Origin: a virus
Lineage: Duplodnaviria > Caudoviricetes
DNA: 57,168 nucleotides
Direction: 5' to 3' (one strand)
Virus record (IMG/VR): IMGVR_UViG_3300002855_000221
Span: 1 to 57,168 of that record
The position numbers and the translations under genes are program-made. Position 1 is the stretch's first letter; each line of letters opens with the position of its first letter. Below the pieces are notes generated by a model, which saw nothing but the letters and a program-made list of their open reading frames with translations, was not told the DNA's origin and made no database searches. Positions 55,516 through 57,168 of this stretch are shown piece after piece.

Positions 55516-57168
55516 ATGGCCCCAGTAAGTAGAGAGTTCCTAACAAGTCTAGGAATTGAATTCATGATCAATTACCTACGTAAATCCCGAGCCGATGAAG
55601 AACATGAGAAGAGAACTGGAGAGAATGTGCTCCAAGCTCAGAAAGAGCTGATGGATCGTGTACTTGAACCGATAGGCATACCCTACGATCAACGTATGGA
55701 AGTCGGGTCAGGTGACAAAATTTCAACCCGACCTGTATTTCAAGGCGTTATTGAGAACTTGCAGCAAAACAAGTATCAGGCAATCGCAGTAAAAGAAATT
55801 TCTCGTATGGGTCGAGGGTCATATACAGACATGGGGATTATTTATGATCTAATTGTAGACAACAGAATCTATATTTTGACACCTTACAAATTGTATGACC
55901 CCCGTAACCCTTCCGACCTACGGCAAATTCGTTTCGAGTTGTTTATGTCCAGAGAAGAATTTGAAACCACTAGGGAACGCCTAGTTGGTGGCCGGGTTAA
56001 TAATGCTATTCAAGGACGTTGGGTAGCTGGAGCTGCGCCTTTCGGATATTCTTACAACAAATCCACGAAAACGCTTGAGATAAAAGACGACGAAGCAGCT
56101 GTCGTGCGACTTATTTATGATTATTATGTAAATGGCGTTCCTAATGGTCCAGACGGATCAAGGAGGGAAGTAAGCTTTCGCGCGCTGGCTACCTACCTTA
56201 CCAATAAGACGCCTCTCCTGACTCCATCAGGCAAAAAGAACTGGCAACCACAGGTCTTGCGGCAGCTCCTAAGTAATGATCGCTATATAGGCATCTTGCG
56301 ATTTAGGACCACTCAAAGAGTAAACGGGAAAATAGTGGATCGCCCCCAGGAAGAACATATTATCATCCCGGATGCATTTGAACCTATAATAGACGAAGAC
56401 ACTTGGGAGAAAGCGCAAACCAAGTTTAAAGATACAGCACATAAGCCTCGTGCAAAGATGGATTTTAGCCCATGCGAATTGGCGGGACTATGTATCTGCT
56501 CTGTATGTGGTAGGCGTATGGTTCGACAGTACAGTGTCCAGAACTATACCGCAAAAAAATCCGGAGAAGTGACTCAATATCACAAAGAATTCTTATGGTG
56601 TACCACTGCAAGCTGTACCTTTGTTAAATATAGAGACGTGGAAAATGAGATCATTGAAGTTCTTAAAAGTCTGAATGAATTAAATGATGAAGAACTGGAA
56701 GCCACCTTTCAAAGCGTTGTAGAAGGAGCGAAGAAATCAGCTCAATTTAAGGGACCTGAAACAGATATCAAGGATTATATAGATCAAAGAACGAAAGAAC
56801 TCAAAAAGCGTATGGATTTTATCTTCGAGAAATATGAAACTGGAAAATACACTGATGAGATGTTCGACGAACGGAAAGCAGAAGTGGACAAGGAGTTATC
56901 CCATTTACAAACTCTGGCTGATCAGTCTCAAAGTGATGGTGAATCCTCAGAAGAAGTTAATACAAAAATTGTCCGGAGCAACATCTCTTCATTGTTAGAG
57001 GCTTATGAGCGTTCGGAGGATAAGACGGAGAAAAATAAACTCTTGAGAGCTGCTTTTGAGTATGTAGAGGTTCACTTGGTCCAGAAAGGTCGCGGAAGAA
57101 TCCCCGCAGTATTTAATCTTCGGATATCAATTCATCCGGCATTGAACTCTAATTTAATTTTGGTTTAA
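55516..57168 (+). CDS. Large serine recombinase/integrase (SprA-like)
   Basis: YLRKS catalytic Ser, SG...RPVF, SRMGR, APFGY, zinc ribbon CSVC...C; YDPRNP.D.RQIRFELFM.REEFE matches my recollection of SPbeta SprA. Confidence 0.95.
   Translation: MAPVSREFLTSLGIEFMINYLRKSRADEEHEKRTGENVLQAQKELMDRVLEPIGIPYDQRMEVGSGDKISTRPVFQGVIENLQQNKYQAIAVKEISRMGRGSYTDMGIIYDLIVDNRIYILTPYKLYDPRNPSDLRQIRFELFMSREEFETTRERLVGGRVNNAIQGRWVAGAAPFGYSYNKSTKTLEIKDDEAAVVRLIYDYYVNGVPNGPDGSRREVSFRALATYLTNKTPLLTPSGKKNWQPQVLRQLLSNDRYIGILRFRTTQRVNGKIVDRPQEEHIIIPDAFEPIIDEDTWEKAQTKFKDTAHKPRAKMDFSPCELAGLCICSVCGRRMVRQYSVQNYTAKKSGEVTQYHKEFLWCTTASCTFVKYRDVENEIIEVLKSLNELNDEELEATFQSVVEGAKKSAQFKGPETDIKDYIDQRTKELKKRMDFIFEKYETGKYTDEMFDERKAEVDKELSHLQTLADQSQSDGESSEEVNTKIVRSNISSLLEAYERSEDKTEKNKLLRAAFEYVEVHLVQKGRGRIPAVFNLRISIHPALNSNLILV

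Larger units (their letters stand above)
1..57168. mobile_element. Temperate siphovirus prophage (HK97-type head, SprA-like serine integrase)
   Basis: Integrase, cI/cro, replication, terminase, portal, capsid, tape measure, holin and endolysin are all present in coherent modules. Confidence 0.97.

Noticed and set aside
1-57168. attL/attR sites
   Set aside because: The window ends exactly at stop codons on both sides and I saw no terminal repeat; the sites must lie outside

Overview
The window is an apparently complete ~57 kb temperate siphovirus prophage of a spore-forming Firmicute. Paenibacillus is the likely host, inferred from protein families and RBS style. The window runs from the stop codon of a small SprB-like gene (left end) to the stop codon of an SprA-like large serine recombinase (right end), so att sites lie outside it. 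Almost all genes are on the minus strand. From right to left: integrase (+), ATP-dependent ligase, accessory genes, HNH/terS/terL, an HK97-type head with a -1 frameshift capsid extension, tail genes with an inserted SGNH hydrolase, lysis genes, a ComEC-like nuclease cassette (+), a ParM/ParR/SpoIIIAC-like/FtsK/relaxase cassette, an Agr-like peptide signalling operon, the cI/cro switch, recombination and replication genes, two DNA methyltransferases and ArpU. The most striking element is a five-gene operon beside the immunity switch: HTH protein, kinase-less multi-TM membrane protein, AgrB, a 41-aa Ser-type AgrD missing from the ORF track, and a receiver-less LytTR protein. It is a candidate phosphorylation-independent cyclic-peptide communication system that may influence lysis versus lysogeny. 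All family calls come from recalled motifs; no searches were run.
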